Shown: piece by piece, positions 56,503-64,000 of the stretch
Numbering within the stretch: the stretch's first letter is position 1
Layout of the letters: the number at the start of each line of letters is the position of its first letter
Source: Gammaproteobacteria bacterium
Lineage (GTDB): Bacteria > Pseudomonadota > Gammaproteobacteria > UBA1113
Direction: 5' to 3'
NCBI GenBank assembly: GCA_020051155.1
Contig: JAGVJK010000007.1
Coordinates: 3,636-67,635 of the forward strand
Length of the DNA stretch: 64,000 bases
Position numbers and translations under genes: made by a program
Notes under the pieces: model-generated
What the model was told of the DNA's origin: nothing
Database searches by the model: none
The model's input: only the letters and a program-made list of their open reading frames with translations

Positions 56503-57104
56503 TTGGTCGAATAAAAGGTATTCTTTTAGAAAAAAAAGCACCGGAAATTTTAGTGGATGTACACGGCATTGGTTACGAGCTAGCGGCCCCCATGTCCACT
56601 TTTTATCAATTACCCGCCGTCGGTGAATCCGTGCAACTTTTCACACACTTTGTCGTGCGCGAAGATGCTCAACAATTATATGGTTTTGCTAAATTAGCTG
56701 AGCGAGATTTATTTCGACAATTAATCAAAGTGAATGGCATCGGCCCTAAATCAGGATTAGCTATTTTGTCGAGCTTAGAACCCACGCAATTCGTGCAATG
56801 TATTTTACGCGAAGATATCGCAGCGTTGGTTCGCTTACCGGGCATCGGTAAAAAAACCGCAGAACGTTTAATGATTGAAATGAAAGATTCTTTAAAAGAG
56901 TGGGGCACTGCGCACGATCATGGCGCGGATCCTATTGTGGTAAGCAAATCTTCCACAGCATCACACTTATTACAAGATGCCATCTCCGCATTGATTGCCT
57001 TAGGCTATAAGCCACAACAAGCCAGCCATGCCATGAGCAAAATCGCAGTTGAAGGATTATCAACGGAAGAAATGATCAAACAAGCCCTACGGCAAATGTC
57101 TTAA
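56499..57104 (+). CDS. ruvA: Holliday junction DNA helicase subunit RuvA
   Basis: ORF track, 201 aa. MIGRIKG.L.EK.P. HhH motifs L..V.GIGPK.A and LPGIGKKTAERL. Confidence 0.95.
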   Translation: MIGRIKGILLEKKAPEILVDVHGIGYELAAPMSTFYQLPAVGESVQLFTHFVVREDAQQLYGFAKLAERDLFRQLIKVNGIGPKSGLAILSSLEPTQFVQCILREDIAALVRLPGIGKKTAERLMIEMKDSLKEWGTAHDHGADPIVVSKSSTASHLLQDAISALIALGYKPQQASHAMSKIAVEGLSTEEMIKQALRQMS

Positions 57105-57154
57105 ATCAAAAATAAAAATTTTAGATATCAAATTTTAAGTAAAAACACACTAAG

Positions 57155-57302
57155 AAGTGCCTTCTCCCCTTGAGAGAGAAGGTGGCCGAAGGCCGGATGA
57201 GGGGTATCTAATTTAGTTAACATCAATAAAGTATTTTACCTGAATTTGGTTACCCCTCATCCGCCCGTTGGGCACCTTCTCCCTCAAGGGGAGAAGGCAC
57301 TT
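57155..57302. repeat. 148-bp palindromic repeat, family 2, copy 2 (between ruvA and ruvB; core reversed relative to copy 1)
   Basis: aagtgccttctccccttgagagagaaggtggccgaaggccggatgaggggt ... acccctcatccgcccgttgggcaccttctccctcaaggggagaaggcactt. Confidence 0.85.
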
Positions 57303-57411
57303 TTTATATGCAATTTCTATCATCTTACATTTGTTCATTTTTATCTTTTGCAGAGAAGTGCATTCGCATCTGGGCGCGAAATAGGTATACTTGCCTGCAA
57401 GTGTTACCACA

Positions 57412-58461
57412 ATGGAAAAAACCATGCTAGATACCGACCGCTTATTAACTGCCCACTCTCGAGATGAAGAAGAAACTATTGACCGCGCGATTCGGCCGAA
57501 AGAGTTGGCTCATTATATGGGGCAGCCGGCGGTGCGGGAGCAAATGGAAATTTTTATTCAAGCGGCGAAAGGGCGACAAGAATCCTTAGATCATGTGCTT
57601 ATTTTTGGCCCTCCTGGTTTGGGAAAAACAACCCTTGCGAATATCATCGCTAATGAAATGGGTGTTTCCATTAAAACCACCTCGGGGCCGGTACTAGAAA
57701 AGGCCGGTGATTTAGCGGCATTGCTTACTAACTTAGAACCCAAAGATGTTTTATTTATTGATGAAATCCATCGACTAAGTCCAATGATTGAGGAAATTTT
57801 ATATCCAGCGATGGAAGACTACCAATTGGATATTATGATTGGCGAAGGACCTTCCGCCAGAGCAATTAAATTAGATTTGCCAGAGTTCACCTTAATTGGT
57901 GCGACCACTCGTACAGGATTATTAACCTCACCCTTACGCGATCGTTTTGGAATTGTACAACGCCTAGAGTTTTATTCTGTGGAAGATTTAACGACGATCG
58001 TACAACGCTCTTGTCGTATTATTCAGGTGGAAATTGATCAAGCGGGCGCCGCGGAAATTGCAAAGCGTTCGCGCGGCACGCCTCGTATTGCGAATCGTTT
58101 GTTACGACGCGTCCGTGATTATGCGGAAGTAAAAGGCGGTGGCATGATTGATCAACCTATTGCAGAAAAAGCTTTGGATTTATTAGACGTGGATGTTTGC
58201 GGTTTTGACATGATGGATCGCAAAGTATTATTAGCCTTGATCGAAAAATTCGATGGTGGTCCAGTAGGTATTGAAAGTATCGCTGCAGCCATCGGTGAAG
58301 ATCGCGGTACCATTGAAGATGTAATAGAACCTTTTTTAATCCAACAAGGATTTATGATGCGCACACCGCGCGGCCGCATGGCAACCCGTCATGCCTATTT
58401 GCACTTTGGTTTATCGTTACCGGAGAATTCCTTGATTCGACAAGAGACAATGGATGTGTGA
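57412..58461 (+). CDS. ruvB: Holliday junction DNA helicase RuvB
   Basis: ORF track 57391..58461 (TTG). First ATG is at 57412. Walker [16 protein letters not shown], sensor [13 protein letters not shown]. Confidence 0.95.
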   Translation: MEKTMLDTDRLLTAHSRDEEETIDRAIRPKELAHYMGQPAVREQMEIFIQAAKGRQESLDHVLIFGPPGLGKTTLANIIANEMGVSIKTTSGPVLEKAGDLAALLTNLEPKDVLFIDEIHRLSPMIEEILYPAMEDYQLDIMIGEGPSARAIKLDLPEFTLIGATTRTGLLTSPLRDRFGIVQRLEFYSVEDLTTIVQRSCRIIQVEIDQAGAAEIAKRSRGTPRIANRLLRRVRDYAEVKGGGMIDQPIAEKALDLLDVDVCGFDMMDRKVLLALIEKFDGGPVGIESIAAAIGEDRGTIEDVIEPFLIQQGFMMRTPRGRMATRHAYLHFGLSLPENSLIRQETMDV

Positions 58462-58473
58462 GAGTAAGTCTAG

Positions 58474-58640
58474 CAGTGGTGTCTGGCACATTTGTATAGA
58501 AAACTGACGTATCTTGTTCCTAATAAATAAAAAAGAGAACCAGCGTAGAAGCATTCTCGTGTGCCTGACACCGCTCACGCCGATCTCAAATGGAGAACTC
58601 CTAGCTATAGGTGTGTCTGGCACCAGAGAATGCCTTAAAC
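58474..58640. repeat. truncated family-1 MITE (left terminus + left inner arm + degenerate right inner arm)
   Basis: ggtgtctggcacatttg...aaaaaagagaaccagcgtagaagcattctcgtgtgcctgacaccgctcacgccgatctcaaat, then ggtgtgtctggcaccagagaatgcc. Lacks most of the core and the right terminus. Confidence 0.7.
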
Positions 58641-58793
58641 TCATTGCGCTAACCATCATGATCAAAATGCGATACTACATCACGCTAATCTTTAGTGCCA
58701 GACACGCAGCAAGTACGAACAATAATAATTACTTGCAACTCGCTATAAAATTAGTCAAACTTGGGCCTAGTGTGATATGAGGAGAATATTGAC

Positions 58794-59534
58794 ATGATTA
58801 ATCACGGTTTACTCAGTTTTTTTACTAATGCGGGCCCTGTGGTCAAAGTGGTCATGCTCATTCTCTTAGCAGCTTCTTTATTGTCGTGGACATTGATCTT
58901 TCAACGTGGGATGTTTTTAAAACACGTACGAAGAATGGCCGCAGGTTTTGATGAAAAATTTTGGTCAGGCACTGATCTTAATCGTCTCTACACCAACGTT
59001 GTCGGGCGTGACGCGGAAGAAACTGTTGGCTTGGCTAATATTTTTAAAGCGGGTTATCGCGAATACACGCACTTACGTCAACGACAATGTTCCGAAGATA
59101 AGGTATTAATCGGCGTCGAACGAGCGATGACTGTGGCAGAGTCAAAAGAATTAGATGCCATTGAAAGTCATTTATCCTTGCTAGCCACCATTGGTTCCAC
59201 CAGTCCTTACATCGGTTTGTTTGGTACCGTTTGGGGCATTATGACGTCTTTCCAAGCCTTAGGAAGTGTTGAGCAAGCAACAGTTTCAATGGTAGCGCCA
59301 GGTATTTCAGAAGCGCTCATTGCAACGGCCATGGGTTTATTTGCAGCAATTCCTGCGGTAATCGCTTATAACCGTTACACTGCCATCGTCGATCGATTAG
59401 CGAATCAATATACAACCTTCAAAGATGAATTTAGCAATTTACTGTTTCGCCAAGTGCATCAGCGTACGTCAGCAAATTCTGCAACATCACAGAGAATCGA
59501 TGTGCTTGCAGAAGAGGAGATTGCTCATGGCTAG
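58794..59534 (+). CDS. tolQ: Tol-Pal system protein TolQ
   Basis: ORF track, 246 aa. MotA/TolQ/ExbB signature TSPYIGLFGTVWGIM and PGISEALIATA.GL. Followed by tolR and tolA. Confidence 0.9.
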   Translation: MINHGLLSFFTNAGPVVKVVMLILLAASLLSWTLIFQRGMFLKHVRRMAAGFDEKFWSGTDLNRLYTNVVGRDAEETVGLANIFKAGYREYTHLRQRQCSEDKVLIGVERAMTVAESKELDAIESHLSLLATIGSTSPYIGLFGTVWGIMTSFQALGSVEQATVSMVAPGISEALIATAMGLFAAIPAVIAYNRYTAIVDRLANQYTTFKDEFSNLLFRQVHQRTSANSATSQRIDVLAEEEIAHG

Positions 59535-59982
59535 AGTCAAAGGTCGACGGCAGCGTGGTTCAACCTTATCTGAAATTAATATTGTTCCCTATATCGATGT
59601 GATGTTAGTGTTGCTCGTGATCTTTATGATTACAACACCGATGCTAAACGAAGGTGTAACGGTGAAATTACCTCAAGCGCAAGCAAAAACCCTCAAGGCG
59701 CAGCCTGCTATTCCCATTATCGTTTCAGTGGATGCGAAGGGACAATTTTATTTAAATAGCACCCATGCAGGGAATACACCTTTATCAGGGCATCAATTAG
59801 GTGTGCAAGTAGCAGCAGAATTAGAGTTAGCAAAAAAGAAAGGAACACGACGAGATGTTCTAGTAAAAGCGGATGAAGGTGTGCAATACGGTCAAGTGAT
59901 GAATGCAATGGTATTACTGCAACAGTCAGGCGTGGAAAATGTGGGGCTCATGACCCGTGATACTCGCAGGAAGGAAGCTTAA
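59527..59982 (+). CDS. tolR: Tol-Pal system protein TolR
   Basis: ORF track 59425..59982. ATG at 59527 gives MARVKGRRQRGSTLSEINIVPYIDVMLVLLVIFM (ExbD/TolR N-terminus). 8-nt overlap with tolQ. Confidence 0.9.
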   Translation: MARVKGRRQRGSTLSEINIVPYIDVMLVLLVIFMITTPMLNEGVTVKLPQAQAKTLKAQPAIPIIVSVDAKGQFYLNSTHAGNTPLSGHQLGVQVAAELELAKKKGTRRDVLVKADEGVQYGQVMNAMVLLQQSGVENVGLMTRDTRRKEA

Positions 59983-59985
59983 CTC

Positions 59986-61002
59986 ATGACAAGTACCAAA
60001 AAATCTTTGTCGCTTGCGATTCTCTTGCATATCGCAATCCTCAGTTTTTTAGTGATCGAATTAAATTTCTCTGCTACCGATGAATCAAAACCCCCATCCA
60101 TATCCATTAAACAAGATGAAACGCCCATCGTACATGCAACGGCCATCAGTCAACAACAAATTGAAAAGCAAGTTACTGCCTTGCAAGAACAAGAGCAACA
60201 ACGAAAGCTGGAGCAGCAACAACAGTTAGAACAAATGCAACAAGCTGCGGAAGCGGCACGACAAGAGCAGGTGCTAGCACAGCAGCAAATGGCAGCATTA
60301 AAACAACAGCAAGCAGAGGCCGCCCAGCAGCAACAACAATTAGCAGAAATGAAAGCGAAACAAGAGCAGGAGCAAAAAAAATTACTGGCTCAACAGGAAC
60401 AACAAAAGAAACAAAAAGAGTTAGAGGACCAACAAAAGGCTCAAGCCTTAGCGCAAAAGAAACAAAAGGAATTAGAAGATCAGCAAAAGGCTCAAGCCTT
60501 GGCGCAAAAGAAACAAAAAGAATTAGAAGATCAACAGAAGGCTCAGGCTTTAGCGCAAAAGAAACAACAATTAGCTGAACAGCAAAAAGCTGCGGCAGCA
60601 GAAGCTGAGCAAAAAAAGAAAATGCAAGCAGAGGCTGAGCGATTATTGCAGCAACAGTTAGCCAGTGATCAGCAGCAGTTAAATGCGGCAAAACAGCAAA
60701 TGCTCAATAAAGAATTAGCGCGCTACGCGAGTTTGATTAAAAACGCTATCGGTAATAATTGGAATGTCCCACAAAATGTAGCGGCCAATTTATCCTGTGT
60801 GTTATTAATTCGTATCTCTGATAATGGCCATGTCTTAGCGGTGCAGCTGGTAAAAACTAGTGGTGATCCAGTCTTAGATCGCTCTGCGGAAGCCGCTATT
60901 TATAAAGCATCACCCTTACCAGTTCCAGATAACCCAGAAATCATGCAAATGGTCCGCGAAATTCGTCTGACATTAACGCCGAAACTAAACTCTGTAGGCT
61001 GA
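59986..61002 (+). CDS. tolA: Tol-Pal system protein TolA (Q/E/K/A-rich domain II with internal tandem repeats)
   Basis: ORF track, 338 aa. N-terminal TM anchor, long QQ/EQ/KK helical region, C-terminal TolA domain III-like segment (GNNWNVP...C.L.I....G.V..V....SGD...D.SA..AI.KASPLP.P). Confidence 0.85.
   Translation: MTSTKKSLSLAILLHIAILSFLVIELNFSATDESKPPSISIKQDETPIVHATAISQQQIEKQVTALQEQEQQRKLEQQQQLEQMQQAAEAARQEQVLAQQQMAALKQQQAEAAQQQQQLAEMKAKQEQEQKKLLAQQEQQKKQKELEDQQKAQALAQKKQKELEDQQKAQALAQKKQKELEDQQKAQALAQKKQQLAEQQKAAAAEAEQKKKMQAEAERLLQQQLASDQQQLNAAKQQMLNKELARYASLIKNAIGNNWNVPQNVAANLSCVLLIRISDNGHVLAVQLVKTSGDPVLDRSAEAAIYKASPLPVPDNPEIMQMVREIRLTLTPKLNSVG
60406..60558 (+). repeat. 3 x 51-bp in-frame tandem repeat inside tolA (KKQKELEDQQKAQALAQ x3)
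   Basis: Units at 60406-60456, 60457-60507 and 60508-60558 encode identical 17-aa peptides with several synonymous differences between units. Confidence 0.9.
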
Positions 61003-61010
61003 TGCCTGGC

Positions 61011-61787
61011 TTACGACTGATTATTCAGCAACGCGATTTTTAATCCATCTAACACCAACTCTGGCATCACCTTTGTGAAAAACTTTTCTTTTTCGAAGAG
61101 TTGTGCAAAGCCACCAGTACCGATGAGAATGACGTCGTCATCATGAAAAGCCTCTTGGCAAATGCGTTGTTTCATTTCTTTGACCACCCCTAACTGGCTA
61201 TAATACAAACCCGATTGAATGCCTTCAATAGTGGAACGACCAATGGCTTGCTGGGGCTTTAAAATTTCAACAGAAGATAATTTCGCCGTGTTACTTTGCA
61301 ATGCTTCCATGGAAAGACGAATACCCGGTAAGATAGCGCCGCCTAAATAATCCTTGTCTTTTGAAATAGCACACACAGTAGTAGCGGTACCGAAATCTAC
61401 AACGATGATATTTTTCCCTGGAAAATAATGAATGGCAGCAATGGCATTGGCAATGCGATCAGCGCCAACTTCTAAGGGATTACGATATTTAATTTTTAAC
61501 CCAGTTTTTACTCCCGCTTGCAGCACAAAAGGGTCAATAGAAAAATATTTCAAGCAAGCAGCTCTTAAAGAATAATCAATGGCGGGTACCACAGAGCAAA
61601 TAGCAATTTTTTTAATGAACGTTGGATCCAGATCATTATTTTGTAAAACACTTTTTAAGAAAATGCCTAATTGATCGGAGGTTCCACCATGCACAGTGGC
61701 GTAGCGAAAACGTAAAATCACTTGCTGTTGCTCGTCAAAAACCCCGCCGAATATTTGTGAATTACCCACATCTAAACATAAAATCAT
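61011..61787 (-). CDS. coaX: type III pantothenate kinase
   Basis: ORF track, 258 aa. [27 protein letters not shown]. Confidence 0.9.
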   Translation of the reverse strand: MILCLDVGNSQIFGGVFDEQQQVILRFRYATVHGGTSDQLGIFLKSVLQNNDLDPTFIKKIAICSVVPAIDYSLRAACLKYFSIDPFVLQAGVKTGLKIKYRNPLEVGADRIANAIAAIHYFPGKNIIVVDFGTATTVCAISKDKDYLGGAILPGIRLSMEALQSNTAKLSSVEILKPQQAIGRSTIEGIQSGLYYSQLGVVKEMKQRICQEAFHDDDVILIGTGGFAQLFEKEKFFTKVMPELVLDGLKIALLNNQS

Positions 61788-61797
61788 GAGCGTTCCT

Positions 61798-63255
61798 TTA
61801 AGTTGATTGTTTGCGTATTCGATTCAAGCTGTCTAATTGTGCCTGAATGCGATCTTTGGTGTCACTGTCTATGTGTGAAACTTGCAATGCCATTTTTAAT
61901 TGATCGATGGCATCGGTGGTTTGTCCTAAAACTAATAAATAATTAGCGCGTGTTTGGTAGGCACCGGCGACGTCACCTGATTGTGATTGTGCATCTGCCA
62001 GCGCACCAAAAGGTATTGGATGCTGAGGATAATTTAAACGATCATTTTCCAAAATATCTAGCGCTTTCTTCGGTTGATTATCACGAAGCAGGGCGCGCAC
62101 ATAGTGAATCATCACAGCATCGCTAGCGCGGTTTTTTTGATACAGCGGTTCTAAGAGCGTTAAAGCAGCAGGCATTTGGTGAGTGTCTTCTAGAGCATTT
62201 GCCAAAGCTAATTGAAAAATAATTTCTTCCGGGCTACGGGTTAACAGCGATTGAAACACATCAATTGCTTGCCGTGCTCGATGATTTTCCATAAGCGCGA
62301 GGCCTTCGCCATATTCAGCTGCCATTTCATTTTCATAGGTTTTGTTACGGAGAACTCGCTGATAACTCTCTATGAGGGTTCGAGGGTTTTTGGCACTTTG
62401 TACGCGAATACGTTCTTTAATAAGGTAATAAGCTAGCGGACTCACGGCGGGTTTTTTAGGGTAAGCACTGGTGCGATTTTCAGTATCAGTGATTCGTTCT
62501 TGGGTTAATGGGTGATCATTCAATAGTTGTGACATGCCTTGATATAAGCGTTCATCTTGCAATAAACGTTTAAAGAAATTTGGCATACCCCAAGGATCAA
62601 ATTGAGCGTTGGCTAAAACTTTGATGCCAACACGATCAGCTTCGGCTTCGTGTGCTCGAGAGTAATTTAACATTTGCTGTTCGCCCCCGGCCATGGCGGC
62701 AGTAACAGCGCCAGCAGCGGCACCGGGTGCCACCATGCCAATGGCAATGGCGGCTAAAACGCCAGCGATGGTGCCCGTGCCAACTTTGGATTGAACAGCC
62801 ATACCGCGTGCTAAATGATTTTGAGTCACGTGTCCAATCTCATGGGCCATAACGCCAGCTAACTCATCTTCGTTAGCGGAGGCCAGCATTAATTGAGTGT
62901 GAATGGCAATATAACCATCGGGGCCGGTGAAGGCATTAATGGATGGGCTGGCAAACCAAAAAAATTCAAAATGTCGATTGGGCATGACGCTCCCACGTAC
63001 TAAACGAGCGCCAATATCGGAAAGGTATTCTTGATCGATGGGATCAGCGAGGACATGACCGCTGCTGCGCAGCATGCCCATGAATTCTGTCCCCATTTTT
63101 TTCTCATCAGCTGGGGTCAATTTCACCTGACTGGGGTCGCCATAATCTGGCAGCGCGTCTTCATTAATGGGCTCAGCCTGAGCCAATGGCGTGCTGACAG
63201 TGATTAGCAAGCTGGTGATAAAGCACAAGAATGTTTTTTTCACGTGATGGCCCAA
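61798..63255 (-). CDS. periplasmic M48 metalloprotease with C-terminal TPR domain (BepA/YfgC-like)
   Basis: ORF track, 485 aa. Signal peptide, HEIGHV zinc motif, TPR-like C-terminal half. Confidence 0.8.
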   Translation of the reverse strand: MGHHVKKTFLCFITSLLITVSTPLAQAEPINEDALPDYGDPSQVKLTPADEKKMGTEFMGMLRSSGHVLADPIDQEYLSDIGARLVRGSVMPNRHFEFFWFASPSINAFTGPDGYIAIHTQLMLASANEDELAGVMAHEIGHVTQNHLARGMAVQSKVGTGTIAGVLAAIAIGMVAPGAAAGAVTAAMAGGEQQMLNYSRAHEAEADRVGIKVLANAQFDPWGMPNFFKRLLQDERLYQGMSQLLNDHPLTQERITDTENRTSAYPKKPAVSPLAYYLIKERIRVQSAKNPRTLIESYQRVLRNKTYENEMAAEYGEGLALMENHRARQAIDVFQSLLTRSPEEIIFQLALANALEDTHQMPAALTLLEPLYQKNRASDAVMIHYVRALLRDNQPKKALDILENDRLNYPQHPIPFGALADAQSQSGDVAGAYQTRANYLLVLGQTTDAIDQLKMALQVSHIDSDTKDRIQAQLDSLNRIRKQST

Positions 63256-63292
63256 AGTTCAGTTATAATCCGCCTTAGGATTGTAAAACAAT

Positions 63293-63577
63293 TTGAAGAA
63301 ATTGGCACGTTTTTGTCCCAAACTTGTGAGTGAGAGAGTGAATAAATTGCCTGATTATGATGTGTTATTGGATGCCAGAGAAGTGCTTTGCCCGATTCCT
63401 TTGCTCAAAACCAAACAAGCGTTAAAGAAATTGGCTTCAGGGCAAGTTTTAAAAGTACTTGCGACGGATCCTGCGACAGAGAAGGATTTGCGGATATTGT
63501 TGGTATTGACTCAAGATGAGTTAGTGTCTTTTGAGATGCACCAAAATGAATTTTGCTTTTTGATTAGGAAGAAGTGA
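63293..63577 (+). CDS. TusA/SirA-family sulfurtransferase-like protein
   Basis: ORF track, 94 aa (TTG start, so the true start may be an internal GTG). Motif LDAREVLCPIPLLKTKQALKKL (CPxP). Confidence 0.7.
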   Translation: MKKLARFCPKLVSERVNKLPDYDVLLDAREVLCPIPLLKTKQALKKLASGQVLKVLATDPATEKDLRILLVLTQDELVSFEMHQNEFCFLIRKK

Positions 63578-63642
63578 TGAGGGAGTTCTCTGCAGAGGGT
63601 AAAATTTATAGATGTTGAATCTCTTGTGAAAATATCTTAAAG

Positions 63643-63784
63643 AGTGCCTTCTCCCCTTGAGGGAGAAGGTGCCCAACGGGCGGATGAGGGGTGATTAAAT
63701 TCAGGTAAATACTTTGTTGAAGAGATTCTATTAGGTACCCCTCATCCGGCCTTCGGCCACCTTCTCCCTCAAGGGGAGAAGGCG
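63643..63784. repeat. 142-bp palindromic repeat, family 2, copy 3
   Basis: agtgccttctccccttgagggagaaggtgcccaacgggcggatgaggggt ... acccctcatccggccttcggccaccttctccctcaaggggagaaggcg. Confidence 0.85.
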
Positions 63785-63855
63785 TTTTTTATGTGCTTTA
63801 TCTAGGTGTTCTGCAAGTGTTTTGCGTTTGTATTTTTTTAGAAAATACAGAGCCC

Positions 63856-63999
63856 TTAAGCGTGAGAACGTCCTTTTCTTGGTCCACTAGGTTTCACATG
63901 ATAAGGTTTCTTTGGGCTGCCACTGTTCGCTGCCATCGGGCGACCGCGTTCGCCATCGCGACGTTTGGGGCGGTCATCTCTGCTACCGGCTGCAGCGAA
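63856..63999 (-). CDS. 3' end of an unidentified gene entering from the right edge (basic Arg/Lys/Gly/Pro-rich C-terminal tail)
   Basis: Not in the ORF track. Reverse complement reads ...FAAAGSRDDRPKRRDGERGRPMAANSGSPKKPYHVKPSGPRKGRSHA-stop (tta at 63856-58). Such tails occur on DEAD-box helicases among others. Function not assignable. Confidence 0.35.
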   Translation of the reverse strand, partial: FAAAGSRDDRPKRRDGERGRPMAANSGSPKKPYHVKPSGPRKGRSHA

Positions 64000-64000
64000 A

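Noticed and set aside
57213-57467. ORFs 57213..57425 (-) and 57246..57467 (+) between ruvA and ruvB; likewise 58417..58665 and 58514..58780.
   Set aside because: They are encoded by palindromic repeat copies (family 2 and truncated family 1). The peptide strings (e.g. LPLREKVPNGRMRG) are the generic translation of the repeat on either strand.
60173-60691. 172-aa antisense ORF inside tolA.
   Set aside because: It is an artefact of the CAG/CAA/AAG-rich repeat region being open on the opposite strand. tolA is supported by the tolQ-tolR-tolA order and its terminal domains.

Overview
64-kb chromosomal window from a moderately AT-rich gammaproteobacterium. The gene content (ankyrin-repeat and Sel1-repeat proteins, orphan effector-like ORFs, dense palindromic intergenic repeats) looks Legionellales-like (Legionella/Coxiella/Aquicella type). 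I cannot confirm this without a database search. About 70 protein genes and 2 tRNAs are present. Most are housekeeping genes in classic syntenies: lptB-lptA-lptC-kdsC-kdsD (minus) facing mlaFEDCB-ibaG-murA (plus); pgeF-rluD / bamD; trpS / gltX-tRNA-Ala-tRNA-Glu; nth-rnfB-like-metG; apbC-dcd; ihfB; purMN; DUF2066-pgsA-like-perM-like-hda; wrbA-arsC; yihY; proS; fmdB-DUF502; aspS-yebC-ruvCAB-tolQRA; coaX. Three accessory islets interrupt these syntenies. (i) 2995-7073, between kdsD and mlaF: an ankyrin protein, a MITE, a small membrane protein, and an HTH-Fic protein with a His-to-Gln active-site change behind a TCGCGA operator array. (ii) 36626-41198: a long palindrome, a second ankyrin protein, a disordered protein, a small secreted protein and a polytopic Sel1 protein. 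(iii) 46418-53385, between DUF502 and aspS: a YdjC/NaxD-like deacetylase, an ArnC-like GT2 and two paralogous ArnT-like GT-C transferases. Islet (iii) also holds an embedded COG1373-type AAA+/DUF4143 ATPase preceded by four 33-bp-period palindromic repeats, and it is my best candidate for an undescribed system. At least five families of palindromic/MITE-like repeats fill essentially every convergent intergenic gap longer than about 90 bp. No CRISPR array, transposase, integrase or rRNA was seen. All functional calls come from reading the translated motifs and synteny by eye; no HMM or BLAST search was possible.
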